This document shows positions 12,896-25,186 of a stretch of DNA of 64,000 bases, one piece after another. The position numbers and the translations under genes are program-made. A model generated the notes under the pieces. It had not been told where the DNA came from, did not search any database, and saw only the letters and a list, made by a program, of their open reading frames with translations. The number at the start of each line of letters is the position of its first letter. The stretch's first letter is position 1. The DNA is from Azolla caroliniana (Eukaryota; Plantae; Polypodiophyta): the NCBI GenBank assembly GCA_043228905.1, contig JBHGNT010000014.1, positions 9,672,001 through 9,736,000 on the forward strand, in the 5' to 3' direction.

Positions 12896-15255
12896 ATGTC
12901 AAGAATCCAACAGGACTGTGTCAATCTCCACCAGGCTTTCAGAGGTAGCTTCTTCTTCTCCTTCTCAGTCCTCAAAATCTCCCAAATGTTCGACTCATTT
13001 CTCAATGTTTTTCCGATAATATTAGATTTCCCATATGTTCATAACAGAAATGTAGTCTGTGCCAAAATGAAAAACAGAAAATATGTTTAGCAGAAACTCC
13101 AAATTCCTTACAATGCCAGACATGTAGGTAACACAATAAAGTAAAGTAAAGTAATTATGGCCACTTGTTCAATACTTATTTATTTTGATATTTAAATGCC
13201 AGAAAACATTTAAAGCAACAAGTCTAGGTTAGAATGGCAACACACAGTAGTCTAAATTAAAGACACTCAAAGAGCCATTTCTTACGTGAAAGAAACTTCA
13301 GAGGCCCGGCTAGTATTGTAAAAGAATGATCTGATTTGTCGTCTGTGGTGATGCTTTAGGTTTGGGCTGCGATGACAGGAAAGTCATCGAGATTCTCGCA
13401 CACAGGAATTATGTGCAACGGCAAGAACTACGCCGAGAGTATAAGATACGTTATGGCGACGATCTCATTGATAAATTGAAATCAGAGCTCCACGCCAAAT
13501 TTGAGGTTCGTATTTGGGTTAAACATCCATCAATCCTCCCCGAAATGTTTTGCATGTTTACCACTATCCCCCCCCCCACATTTTCAAATAAACAGAACTA
13601 CCCTTCAAATTTATTTAGCTATCTAATCTGTTTTAACAATTTTGCACCAAATTCAAATGATAAGTTTTATAATTAGGAGATCGATTGCATAATCTGCCCC
13701 TAATTACCGGTGAATTAGCTAGAGAATAAGTTACAGTTCATCTATATGTCAATCCTTAATTAAGGGCAAACCTATCTTGCAAACTACAACCAAATATGTG
13801 GCCGATTTTCCCTACTTAAATATTAGAGGTGTTTAAATTGGTGAAAAGAACCATCAAACGTTAGCTTTGTCATGCTGCCATATATCTCGATTTCGACATT
13901 ATTATATCTGGACCTGTATTGTTTGGTTATACACACAGAAAGCAGTTGTTCTTTGGATGTTGGAACCAGCCGAAAGAGATGCGGCCATCCTGAGGGATGC
14001 CCTCCAAGGATTGGGTACAAAGGACATTGCGTTGATCGAAATCATTTGCTCTCGCACCACATCACAGTTAGAAGCAATACAGCGAGCCTACAATTCAATA
14101 TATAAGCGGAACCTCCATGCGGACATTGCTTCGGATACAAGTGGTGACTATAGGACGGTATGTTCACCCTAAGCATCTTAACTCCAATTCAGTTTCACTG
14201 CTCTTTATGGTTTCGATTGCATGATATGGTCAAATAAATTTGTCTGATTTTTATCCTCCTTTAGAAGAATCAACTGTTGGAAAGAATGAAAGCTGAAATG
14301 CTAGATGACTCCAGAGCACTGACAAGTTTCTTGTCTCTGATAATGTATTATGTGTTTGTTGCAGCTTCTGATGGCATACATGACTAACCGTAGGCAAGAA
14401 TCTCCTTTCGATGATGAGTCCCAGGCGCTCGACGATGCCAGGTTGCTCTATAAAGCCACTGAAGGCAGGATCGGTACCGACGAGGCAGACATAATTCATG
14501 TCTTCAGCTCTCGAACTGCGAGACAATTGAATGCTGCATTCCATAGATACTGGGAGAGCTACCATCAGGATATTGAAAAGGTTCGGACATTCCTGCATTC
14601 TTCATCGTATTATTTCTTGTTAGGGTTTTGTTGGTGCCCTTATAAAAAGTTAGTAATTATTAACGGTTTTAGGATGTTTATAACCTCATTATACAAATAA
14701 ACCTTGCTATCCTTAACTACGATCCTAAGCATCTATTGGGCATTTATACGCGATGGTGTATCATTACATTGTGCTAATTTGCATGTAATGTCTTGTCTTA
14801 TTCTAGGTCGTGGAGTCTGAAACATCTGGACATTTCTCCAAGCTATTGAAGACAATAATTCAGTGTGTACATAGTCCAACCAAGTACTTTGCAGAGGTGA
14901 GATTTGGACGTTAATTTATACCCACATACATACTTGTTCACATTGTGTTTGTTTGTACAGTTTCTGAGAGGGCTTTCTTTTTTCCGATTGATCTTTCTCC
15001 GCATGAAATGGTTACTAAAATGAGAGGGCTGGGTTAAATGTTTTGCAGATGCTATATTGGTCCATGAAAGGGATTGGAACCAATGATGATGCATTGATTC
15101 GTGTGATTGTGACAAGAGCGGAAATAGATTTGCAAGCTATTAAGATGGAGTTCCAGGGTCTGTACAAGGAAAACTTAGAAGATATGATATCATCTGATAC
15201 CTCTGGTAGCTACAAGAGGTTTCTTCTTGCGATTGTTCGTGCAGGCCACCATTGA
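12896..15255 (+). CDS. Annexin (308 aa); exons 12896-12944, 13360-13505, 13939-14157, 14365-14580, 14807-14896, 15049-15255
   Basis: All introns are GT-AG and the exons join in frame. Annexin repeats: AFRGLGCDD..ILAHR, ALQGLGT..IEIICSR, GRIGTDE..FSSR, SMKGIGT..IRVIVTRAEIDL, DTSGSYKRFLL. Confidence 0.95.
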
Positions 15256-15569
15256 ATGTGTATGTGTTCTAGATAAAATTGTGTTGTGTGTTGTGAATAA
15301 TATAGGGCGATAAACATTCCTTAGCATGGCCATATATGTATGTACATATTCTGAAGACAATTTGGTTATTAATCTATGAATTTCTTTGTTCAAATCAAAG
15401 TCCATAATATCCAACTTGTGTATGGATGATGGTATAAATTTCAAAGCTGATACTTGATAAGTAGATTAATCAAATAATCTCGAGTTACAAAAGCAAAATT
15501 TACAAGTTAGGAAATATGTTATATTATATGCCATTTGGATCCAGCATTTTGTCAGCATCTGATAAATTT

Positions 15570-15745
15570 ACACAAGGATCCAAAACCAATAAATCCATTT
15601 CAAGTCAAAATCAAAATTGACACCAATAGTCAACCAACCCCATCGTTCTCATGAAGACTTATATTTTAGCTTATGTAAACGAATCGAACCCACAACATCT
15701 TAGTCTATGTGTTAAACCTTTAACCATTGTAATAACAAATATGAT
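15570..15745 (-). mobile_element. Duplicated segment (Gypsy A integrase tail plus tRNA-like SINE candidate), copy 1
   Basis: Aligns with about 16920-17084. B-box-like GGTTCGATTC on the minus strand at 15681-15690. Confidence 0.55.
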
Positions 15746-15746
15746 G

Positions 15747-16829
15747 TGTAATTATAATAATTATATTTTTAACAATTACAAGATATTTGGAATATTCTAG
15801 AACATTCTAGATTATTCTAGAATGTTCTTGAATATTTCATGATTATATTTATTATCATAAATATCTAAAATATTCTAGAACATTCTAGAATACTCCATAA
15901 GGATCTATAAATAGGTGCCTATACATTCATCACAACCCATTGGGTTCAACACCAATCTTTAGCCCTTAGCCTACTCTTTGTAACGTTGTTTCTCATAATA
16001 ATACCATTTCCATTTTCTGTCTTATCTCTCTCTCTCTCACGAGTCACGACAGTTTGAATTGAATATTTCTTTTTCCTCTTCCAATAACTCTAGCAAGCTT
16101 TCTTCTTCCTTTGTTCTTTTTTCCCTCTTAGTTATGGAGTTCGTCAGCAAGCAAAAATATATGCGTGTGCTTTCGGAGTTCGACATGCTCACGACTAAGT
16201 TTGCGGCATTAGAGCAAGAAAATCAAAGGCTACTCGGGGATCTACAACATGTGAGTGCCGAGAAAGCTCACCAATATGAGGAGTTATCAAAACGGGTTCA
16301 TCAACTCGATGCTACTATATTAGCATTACAAGAACAAGCGGTGGGGGTTCAAAACTCCCCAAGGGAACCAACCTCCCTGCCAAGTTTGATGGTACAAGAT
16401 CTTTGTTTCGAGGTTTCCTGAATCAAGTCCATTTGGTGATTTAGTTACATCCCAATCGGTACCCAACTGATGCTGCTCGTGTGGGATTAGTAGGAACCTT
16501 GTTAAGCGGTACAACATTAGCATGGTTTGCACCACTTCTCAAGAAGAAATCACCATCGTTGGAGGATTTCGAGGCATTCATTAAGGAGTTTCAAGCTAGC
16601 TTTGGAGATACCGATAGCACTAGGATGGCAATAAACAACATTCGAAGACACCGACAAGGAGATCGTTCCACTTCAGCTTACGCAGTAGATTTCCATCTCT
16701 TGGCATGCAACATCCCTTGGATGACGCAAACTTAATGGATCAATTCCGCTAGGGTTTGCGTAACAATGTCATAGATCTTCTTCTTACTTTCCACGACGAT
16801 CCGAAGTCTCTTATAGAGGCAATTAGTCA
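15747..16829 (+). mobile_element. Chromovirus-type Ty3/Gypsy fragment: LTR (about 15747-16051) plus degenerate gag
   Basis: TG...CA segment with TATAAATAGG. Gag motifs KFDGTR..FRGFLNQ, LLSGTTLAWF and QGDRSTSAYAVDF (ORFs 16059-16421, 16481-16735). Confidence 0.75.
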
Positions 16830-16994
16830 ACAACAATAATGGTACATATCATATCGGCACACTCTCAGGGGAAATTATGCCGAAATGGGTAAATGGTTTT
16901 CGACTAAAACCATATAAGGGATCAATGCCAATAAATCCATTTCAAGTCGGAATTAGAGTCGACACCAATAGTCAACAAACCCCATCATTGTCAT

Positions 16995-17084
16995 GAAGAC
17001 TTACATTTTGGCTTATCAAGAGTCGAACCAACAACTTCTTGGTCTATGTGTTGAACCGTTAACCATTGTAATAACAAATATGAT
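16995..17084 (-). mobile_element. tRNA-derived SINE candidate, copy 2
   Basis: Minus strand has A-box-like TTACAATGGTTAA (17059-17071) and B-box GGTTCGACTC (17020-17029) at tRNA-like spacing. Confidence 0.5.
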
Positions 17085-17085
17085 A

Positions 17086-17310
17086 ATATTCGACTATGCT
17101 TTCCACATCTCTTTGACCAAGCCCAATCCTTGCATGAATTCCTCTCACAACCACAATGTGCACTCTCGATTGCAACATTCATTGGTATAGTTCTTGAACA
17201 TTGAGAGTCACTACTCACTTTCACACGTATCACGTGAAATGTAATATTTTTGGTCTCATAGGTCATATTTGACCTCTGAAGATGATAATATAATCTCTCT
17301 CTCTCTCTCC
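17086..17310 (+). mobile_element. 5'-truncated copy of the RTE-X-like LINE (3' end plus CT tail)
   Basis: Aligns with 29287-29500 (...CACACGTATCACGTGAAATGTAATATTTTTGGTCTCATAGG...). Confidence 0.92.
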
Positions 17311-17367
17311 TACTCACGAGTCACGACAGTTGTGACGTGGCAAGGTCACGAATGTAAATATTATTAT

Positions 17368-17416
<49 letters not shown>

Positions 17417-17759
17417 TCTTGGCAAAAAGATAACAGAAATAACAAAAGAAGAATGGTATTTTTCAGACTATATATGGACAAGCCACAGAATCATGCAACA
17501 TTCATAACAAGTGGTGGAACTATTATTACTATAATTGTACTATCACTGTCATAAATGGCATTCTGTTATAAATAGTATATTCTGTTTTATAATACTCCTC
17601 AAAAAATGAAACGCTTATTCTCTCAAAACCCTACATTTTCACTTCCTATCTCACAAAAGCAGAAATGTTTTCGAGCGCACAAGTTTCCTTCATCTCCTTT
17701 CTGCACACAACAATCCAAATCCATCACTCATTAGTTCTCACATCTCCCAAGAAGATAAC

Positions 17760-20200
17760 ATGCCGATTCCGGTATCAGACGAACTGTAACAATGGCTACG
17801 CAAGAAAGGACTGGAAGGGTATCTGAAGGTTGCAGATGTTGAACCGCACCCACGCGCCACAGAAATAATCCAAGAATCGATAATCACCAACAAACAGGTA
17901 CGTCGAGTTCTGAATCTCAGAAGAGAAGTATTTGATGCAATGGAGAAACTTAAACCAGAAGTGTTGACGCCATATTTCGGCGAGTATTTGCCATCGGCCA
18001 AGGCCTATCAAACTCAAGACGAGCAAGATGAATTCTTCCACGAAGTCACCAAATTTTTGTTAGAGGTAACATTCGTAAGTCCCCAATTTTATTGCATGCC
18101 TAAAAAAAGGGCAAGTTTTATTATATCTACATATGAAGAGGAAGTGTTTGACTAGGGACTCTTGATGGGGGAAGCGCTCATAGAACAGCTCAATGGGGTT
18201 CAAAGCCAATATTCGCTAGATGGTTAACAGTACTCTGCTTGACACCTAGTTCGGAGAGTCGGCAAAGCACCCCCAAGGACAAAGGGGCAACCACAGCAAA
18301 ATGCCACATCGATGGCTCAAAGACAAGTGCCACGAGAAGAATGGAAAGAACCGGTGCTGACGCCTATCGACAACCAGCAATCGGAACCAGTCCGACAATC
18401 CAAAGTAGAAACCGAGCAACCACAAGAGCCAATATCGACTCCTATGCCCAAAATGGGAGTACCTACATTGACACCAACCCCAACACCTCAACATGTTCAA
18501 GAACCAGTTCTGAATCCAAACACAACACAATGAATGGGACGGGCAAAACAGAAAGCTCAATGATACCCTCCAGCGAAAAAAGAAGCATTGGCTGCGGAAC
18601 GACATAAAGTGGAAGCACAGCAAAAGAAAGCGGAAGAAGAAAGACGTGTCGATCCAAATGACACAAGCAGGGTAGAGAAGGGAAAATCATCATTGATGAC
18701 TCCCAGGGAAGTTTTAGGCCTACTCGAACTTCCACCGATAGCACATGAATTGGCAGCCATTATGCAATTCGGCACATCATATGAACTGGTCGAATGGCTA
18801 GTGCAACGCCTGCAGGAAGTATCGGGGTTTCTGGCCCAAGAACACAAGGATTGGGTGATGATCCAGAGGTCATTGATTGTTGTTGTCGAGCCGGACGAAC
18901 AACACGAAATTGACAAAATCGGCTGACAACGGAATGCTAAAAATCGAGGCAAGCCAATTCAAATGCCTCCGTCGTTACATACAACACTTGTTGAAGTACA
19001 TAGAGAATATGAAAGGGCCAGTAGGGCAGCCAAGGACGTGGTTGAGGTATACAAGAACGCCACGGCGGCGGCAGATCGGCTACAGGAACAATGTGCGGAA
19101 AGCCAAGCCGACAACACTGAATTGTCGGAAAAACTCCGACAAACAGAAGAAAAATTGAAAGAAGCTGAAGATCAGTTACAAACACTGCAATTGCCTCACA
19201 GGTCACAAGAACCTTATCAACAAGTACATGAACAATTGAAAGAAGCCGAAAAGAAAGTAGAAGACGCGACTGCCACGGCCACCACAGATGAACAAAAGGT
19301 CAAATAAATTAGAAGACCGCATATTGTTGGCTAAAACCGAAATAAAAAAATGGCTAGACGCTAAGGATGAGGCCATCCAACGATTAAAGTAGAGGCCGGC
19401 ACAATAGCAGCACAAAACCAAAGAGCATGAAGAAAAAGTGCAGGAGCTAGAGGAGTATATTCGAGTACAAGAGGACTACTTCGCGGAGCGGGTAACCGAA
19501 GCAGAAACCAAGACAGCCGACATACGGGACGCGCATGAAAAAGAAACAAAATGTGTCAATTTGGTAAATGATGATTTAACACGAATTTGCGTCAAACTCG
19601 AAGCAAAATAGGACAAAAAATGATTGGAGTTGTTGGTAGCAAAAACTAAATTGCTAAAAGAACAAGTCTCGTCTGACGCACGCATAACGGAACTACGTAA
19701 GCAACTAGTTGCGGCATAGCACCAGGTTAGCATGGGTGAGAAAAAAGTCTGACAGATAATATAAGCCCACAAGCTTAAAACGATACAGCTAGTAGCTGAC
19801 TCCCTCGACAAAGGATGGGAGAACATGAAAGCGTAGGGCCGAGGGTTCTTCAAGATGACAGAGGAGGACATCTCTACAGTACAGGAAGACCTAGCTCAGG
19901 ACTTGTATGAGCAAGCATCTAGCCATCGAGAAGAAATAACTCGGCTAATGGAGGAATTCGATGCCCACGACATCGACACTTCGGTCAAGCTGGACAAATA
20001 CGAACGAAATCAACAACAACAAATAGCCGAGCTGGGATCCCCATCTGTGCCACAACCACCACCATAAACAAACAATGCTTACGACGAGGAGAATTGCGCC
20101 AACAACAACAACAGCGACCCCGAACATGAACAAGAAGTCGAACAGTAAATGTTGGACATACTCCACAATGACGAAAACAACAATGATGACAATGACGAAA
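17760..20200 (+). pseudogene. Degenerate extra 3' ORF of Gypsy A (conserved N-terminal domain plus coiled coil)
   Basis: WLRKKGLEGYL, YFGEYLPSAKAY and MPKKRASFIISTYE match the ORF at 42489-45253. Many in-frame stops. Confidence 0.8.
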
Positions 20201-20266
20201 CCAATTAAGCGTAAGACTTTACCGTGGTTTCGACCGGGCAAGGCCTTGGCCCACAAACGTGCCAAG

Positions 20267-20772
20267 TGTTAGCCGGTCAAGAGTTAGACAAGTCGGGAAG
20301 CGTCAGAGTCGACAATATTCGGAGTTGGATCGAAGAGACGGATCAATGACTCGACATTTTGCCGACAAAAAATATAAATATTTATTAAAGTTAGTTAGAA
20401 GTTTTGATTAGTTCTTGCTAACAAGGCAAAGTGTATGCTTGATGAGTTTTTCCTTTCGGGTCACCTATAAAAAGGGACCGAGACCATTGTAACACTATCA
20501 TTCTAATTTGAGTTTAATATAGCTATTAGTTAGCAGAAAACTGCATTAGCCTATTCTCTGAGTAATCTATTCATCTCAGCTATATTTTGCAGGTAATTAT
20601 ATTATGTCAATTAATCGATCACAATATATGTATATGGTATCGTAAAAACTACTTAGGAAGCTAGTTCGTATTCCATTCGTAATTCCAAAAATTCTTGATA
20701 CAACGTTCGAAGGAGAACATTCGACCCTGTTGTGCTGTCAATCCCATTTGTCAACTGAGGAACTGAACAACA
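20267..20772 (+). repeat. 3' LTR of Gypsy A
   Basis: TGTTAG...AACAACA, aligns with 4286-4769. Preceded by GGCCCACAAACGTGCCA-AG rather than a PPT. Confidence 0.88.
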
Positions 20773-20890
20773 ATGATGTTGTACATAGAGGTGGATCGGC
20801 CCTATGGTCATGGTGGACTAGGCGGGTCAGCACGCAATGGAGGCTGTGAGCAGATATGCGCGGAAGAACGTTTGAGGACCTGGTCGGTTA

Positions 20891-21147
20891 TGTTGAGAAA
20901 CAGGTCCCTCTGGATGGGATCCGGACGAGCTGGATTAGACGGGATGAAGGGAGGAACTGAACCAGATGGATCCAGAACGAGTCCAGCTAGATCCAATATG
21001 AACCAGCAAGTAGGAACATATTTGGAAATATGTTCAGACTTGACCATTGAAGTCATATTTGTAAATAGCCCATAAGTTATATGAGTATAAATATAACTAG
21101 GGCAAATAGTGTTTTATAGGGTTGTTATTATTATTGTTGTACAGATA

Positions 21148-21227
<80 letters not shown>

Positions 21228-24200
21228 AATAGAAAGTCGTTGCTCGGTTCACTCCTGGATAGTTGGGAGACACTAGTTGTCACTTTGGGCAATGCGGGCA
21301 ATGAACGAAAACACCTATCCCTAGCAAGGGTAAAATCAAGCTTGCTGGATGAAGAAGCTAGCCGAAAGGACCGGGAGTCCAAAACCAAGCCGTAAGCCTT
21401 GGTTACGGAAGACGACCATAACCGAGGAAGAGCCCGGAATCAGAGTCCCAGAACCAAGAAAGCGACTAGACAACATGGGTGGTCGACTCCGGAGCGTCGT
21501 TTCATTTGTCCCCCGACCAGAAGTGCTTCACATCCTATAGAGGCGGAGATCATGGCATTGTAAGGATGGGGAATGAAGGTGCATGGCGAATTGTCAACAT
21601 AGGAGATGTATGGTTGATGACATCAACCGGGTGCAAGTTGCTATTGAAAGATGTACGACACGTTCCAGAGGTTCGATTGAACATGATATCAGCCGATCGG
21701 CTAGATGATGAAGGCTACACGGGTAGCATCCAGAATGGAGTCATGAAGTTTTGCAAAGGAAGCCTGATCGTGGCTCGAGCCCGGAATATCAATGCATTGT
21801 ACCTGATGCATGCCCGGATATGTCGAGAAGAAGTGAACGTGGCATTCGACAATGTCGGTGAGTTGTGCCACATGAGCCAGAAAGGGATGTGGAGACTTGT
21901 CGAGGATAACCTCATTCCGGAGGTGAAAGTCGTGCAACTTGTGAAGTGCACCGACTGTTTGGCCAACAAGCAAACCCGAACCTCTTTCTGAACCCGACCA
22001 CCATCGAGAGGGAATGCACCATTGGAACTTGTGAATACTGATGTGTGCCAAGTGGATAGGAAGTCACATGCCGGATCACACTACTTTGTGATGTTCATAG
22101 ATGACCACAATCAGATGTTGTGGGTCTCCCTGCTGAAGATGAAGGACCAGGTATTATCTGCCTTCAAGGAATACCACACCATAGTGGAAAGAGAAACCAG
22201 TTGAACGCTTAAGGAAGTTCGAGCTGACAATAGTGGAGAGTACCAAGGGCAATTCGAGGAGTACTTCCGGTCGCAAGGAATTTGGCTCGAATTTACCGTG
22301 CCGAAGACACTAGAGTTGAACGGATTGGCTGAAAGGATGAACCGGACTATGTTGGAGAGAGTCCGGACCATGCTAGCACATGCTAAGCTGTCCAAAACGT
22401 TTTGGGCCAAGGCACTAATGATGATGACCTATGTGATCAACAGATCACCCTCAGCACCCTTGGACGAAAGTACACCGCACAGAGTATGGATCGGCCAAGA
22501 TGTGTCTTATCGGCATCTGAAGGTGTTTCGGTGTCTTGCTTACGTGCATGTAGCAAAGGACAAGAGAGGGAAATTAGATCCGAAGTCCCGACCATGAATA
22601 TTCCTTGGATACGGCGATGATGAGTTCGACTATCGAGTGTGGGACTTGGTCAACAAGAAGGTCTTCCGGAGTCGAGACATAATCCTCATGGAAGACAAGA
22701 ACATTGCCGACTGGGAGTCGAAGAAGAAGACACTAGACTCTGGGTCAACCGACAGAGATCGGTTGAACAACACAAGGAACCATCCGGCCGGAAACCGAAT
22801 GACACTCGAAGAACCGGTCGGAGTCGGACAAGAAACCGAACCAACCGAAGAAGAAGAAGATTTGGACACCGGAACCGGACAAGACCGCGAATCAAATTCG
22901 GATGAAGGACAAACTGAGGAACCGGTGGTCGAAGACCAAGGACGGAGATACCCTCTAAGAGAGGAAGAGCGAATATTGTTGACCGACGAAGGGGAGCCAA
23001 AAAGGTTCGAAGAAGCAAAGAAAGACTCCCATAGCCGCAAGTGGTTAAGTGTCATGTAGGATGAGATGGATTCCTTGCATGAGAACCACACATATGAGCT
23101 CACGGAGCTTCCAAAAGGAAAGAGAGCGCTTTGGGACAAGTGGGTGTACAAGCTGAAACCAAGAGACTCCGGAAATCCACCAAGGTACAAACCCCACATC
23201 GTGGTGAAGGGCTTCAAGCAGGAAAAGAGAGTGGATTTCGACGAGATCTTTGCCCTGGTAGCCAAGATGACATCCATCCAGACTGTGTTGAGCATTGCGG
23301 CAAGCATGGACCTCGAGGTTGAGCAGCTAGATGTCAAGACGGTGTTCCTGCACAGTGATCTCGAAGAAGAGATCTACATGCAAAAGCCGGTGGGATTTGT
23401 CAAGAAAGGGAAGGAGCACCTGGTGTGTAAGTTGAAGAAGAGCTTGTACGAACTGGAGCAAGCTCCCTGGCACTGGTACCGGAAATTTGACTCCTTCATG
23501 ACCGATCAAGGATACCATAAGACGTAGGCCGAACACTGCGTATTCATGAAGAAATTTGATGGAGGCGATTTCTTGATACTCCTGTTGTATGTGGATGACA
23601 TGCTGATAGTCGAACCAGAATGGATCAAAATCGGAAATCTGAAGAAGGCCTTGAACCAAACCTTCTCAATGAAAGATCTAGCTTCGGCGAAGAAGATATT
23701 GGGGATGCACATAGTTCGAGACCGGACGAAGAAGCAATTATGGCTGTCACAAGAGAAGTACGGGACAAAGGTGCTCCAACGATTCAGCATGTCGGATGTT
23801 AAGTCAGTCGGGTCGACACTTCCAGCAAACTTCAAGTTCTCCGGGAAGTAGAGTCCGAAGACAAAGGCAGAGAAGTCGGAGATGGTGAAGATACCATATG
23901 CCTCTGCCGTCGGCAGTTTGATGTACGCAATGATGTGTACCCAGCCGGATATCGGATATGCAGTCGAAGTGGTCAGCTGGTTCATGAGCAATCCGGGAAG
24001 AGAACACTTGACCGCGGTCTAGTGGATACCCTGGTGCTTGAAAGGCACCTCGAGTATGTGCCTCTGATTCGGTTTAGGTAAACCCCAACTTGAAGGATTC
24101 ACATACTCGGATATGTCGGTTGATGCGGATACCAGCTAGTCAACGTCTGGTATAACATATGCAGGGGGAGCCATATCATGGCAGTCGAGGCAGTAGAAGT

Positions 24201-24378
24201 TTGTTGCACTATCGACAACGGAATCAGAGTACATGGCGGTTGTAGAAGCCGATAAAGAGGTAATCTAGATGAAGGACTTCATCGGAGAGCTAGGGATTCG
24301 GCAGGAGGAATTCCGACTCTACTACAACAGTCAAAGTGTCATCCACCTCGCGAAGAACGCGACCTACCACTCATGCAT

Positions 24379-24409
<31 letters not shown>

Positions 24410-24666
24410 GAAAGTATTTTCTGTTGTAACCGCTTGTTGGCGAAGGTATAGAGCTCGAGGTCGTTGCCCCTGAGTCTCGCATTGTATTCTTCCTCAGATA
24501 GTGATAGTTGGAGTCTGTGGGCTCCCATGGTTTTTCCCGATTAGGGTTTTCCACGTTAACATTTGGTGTCATCTCATTCTGTGTAAGTGCATTAATCTTC
24601 ATTTTTGCTTTTGTTTCTTCCATTGAGTGTTCAAGACTCGGTTGTGGTCGAGCACTATTCTGCACA
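20891..24666 (+). mobile_element. Ty1/Copia element D1 (internally deleted; protease-integrase-RT-RNaseH remnant)
   Basis: WVVDSGASFH protease, NGLAERMNRT integrase, LLLYVDDMLI RT. LTR halves at 20891-21237 and about 24378-24666. TSD-like GGTTA/AGTTA. Confidence 0.85.
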
Positions 24667-24866
24667 AGTTATGCACAACAAACAACACACACAACTGTGT
24701 AACTAAAGAAGTAGATAGACAGGGAGTTAAGCTTCAATGGTGATTCTCATTATCCTCTCTATTCTATTCTCTTTAGTTCCAAAATTCATGTTATTGGCCA
24801 TTCAAGAAAGATAGAAGATGATCATCATCGTTTTGATCATCTTCTTCTTCGTGATCGTGATCATGT

Positions 24867-24923
<57 letters not shown>

Positions 24924-25186
24924 AAAGCTCTCTGTAAGTTCACTCCGGCCATCGTTTTCTACGTTCTATAGCTCGCTGGAAAGCTCTTTCAGAGAGCTTT
25001 CTAAAGAATGTTCATTTACTGAATTCCGTGACCGTGGCGAGAAGTTATGAGCATTTTCATCCGCAGCCATCTTTGCCCCACAGTTCCTCAAACAGAAGGT
25101 AGATTTTGAAGCCCTAAATCGAGTGAAAGGTACATTCTCTCTCCTTCCCTCTTTGTCTCTCTTTTCCTGTAGGGTTTGTCCCTACA

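Larger units (their letters stand above)
4286..20772 (+). mobile_element. Ty3/Gypsy non-chromovirus element A: LTR, gag-protease, [host block], integrase C-terminus, extra ORF, LTR
   Basis: LTRs 4286-4769 and 20267-20772 align. Near-perfect TSD AAGAT/ATGAT. Gag/protease are homologous to element E (36265-39300). Integrase tail KWVNGFRLKPYKGSMPINPF at about 16830-16990. Extra ORF at 17760-20200. Confidence 0.85.

Noticed and set aside
7486-16829. DNA transposon (Pack-MULE, CACTA or Helitron) as the carrier of the host block
   Set aside because: No TIRs, CACTA ends or Helitron termini could be identified at the junctions by eye.
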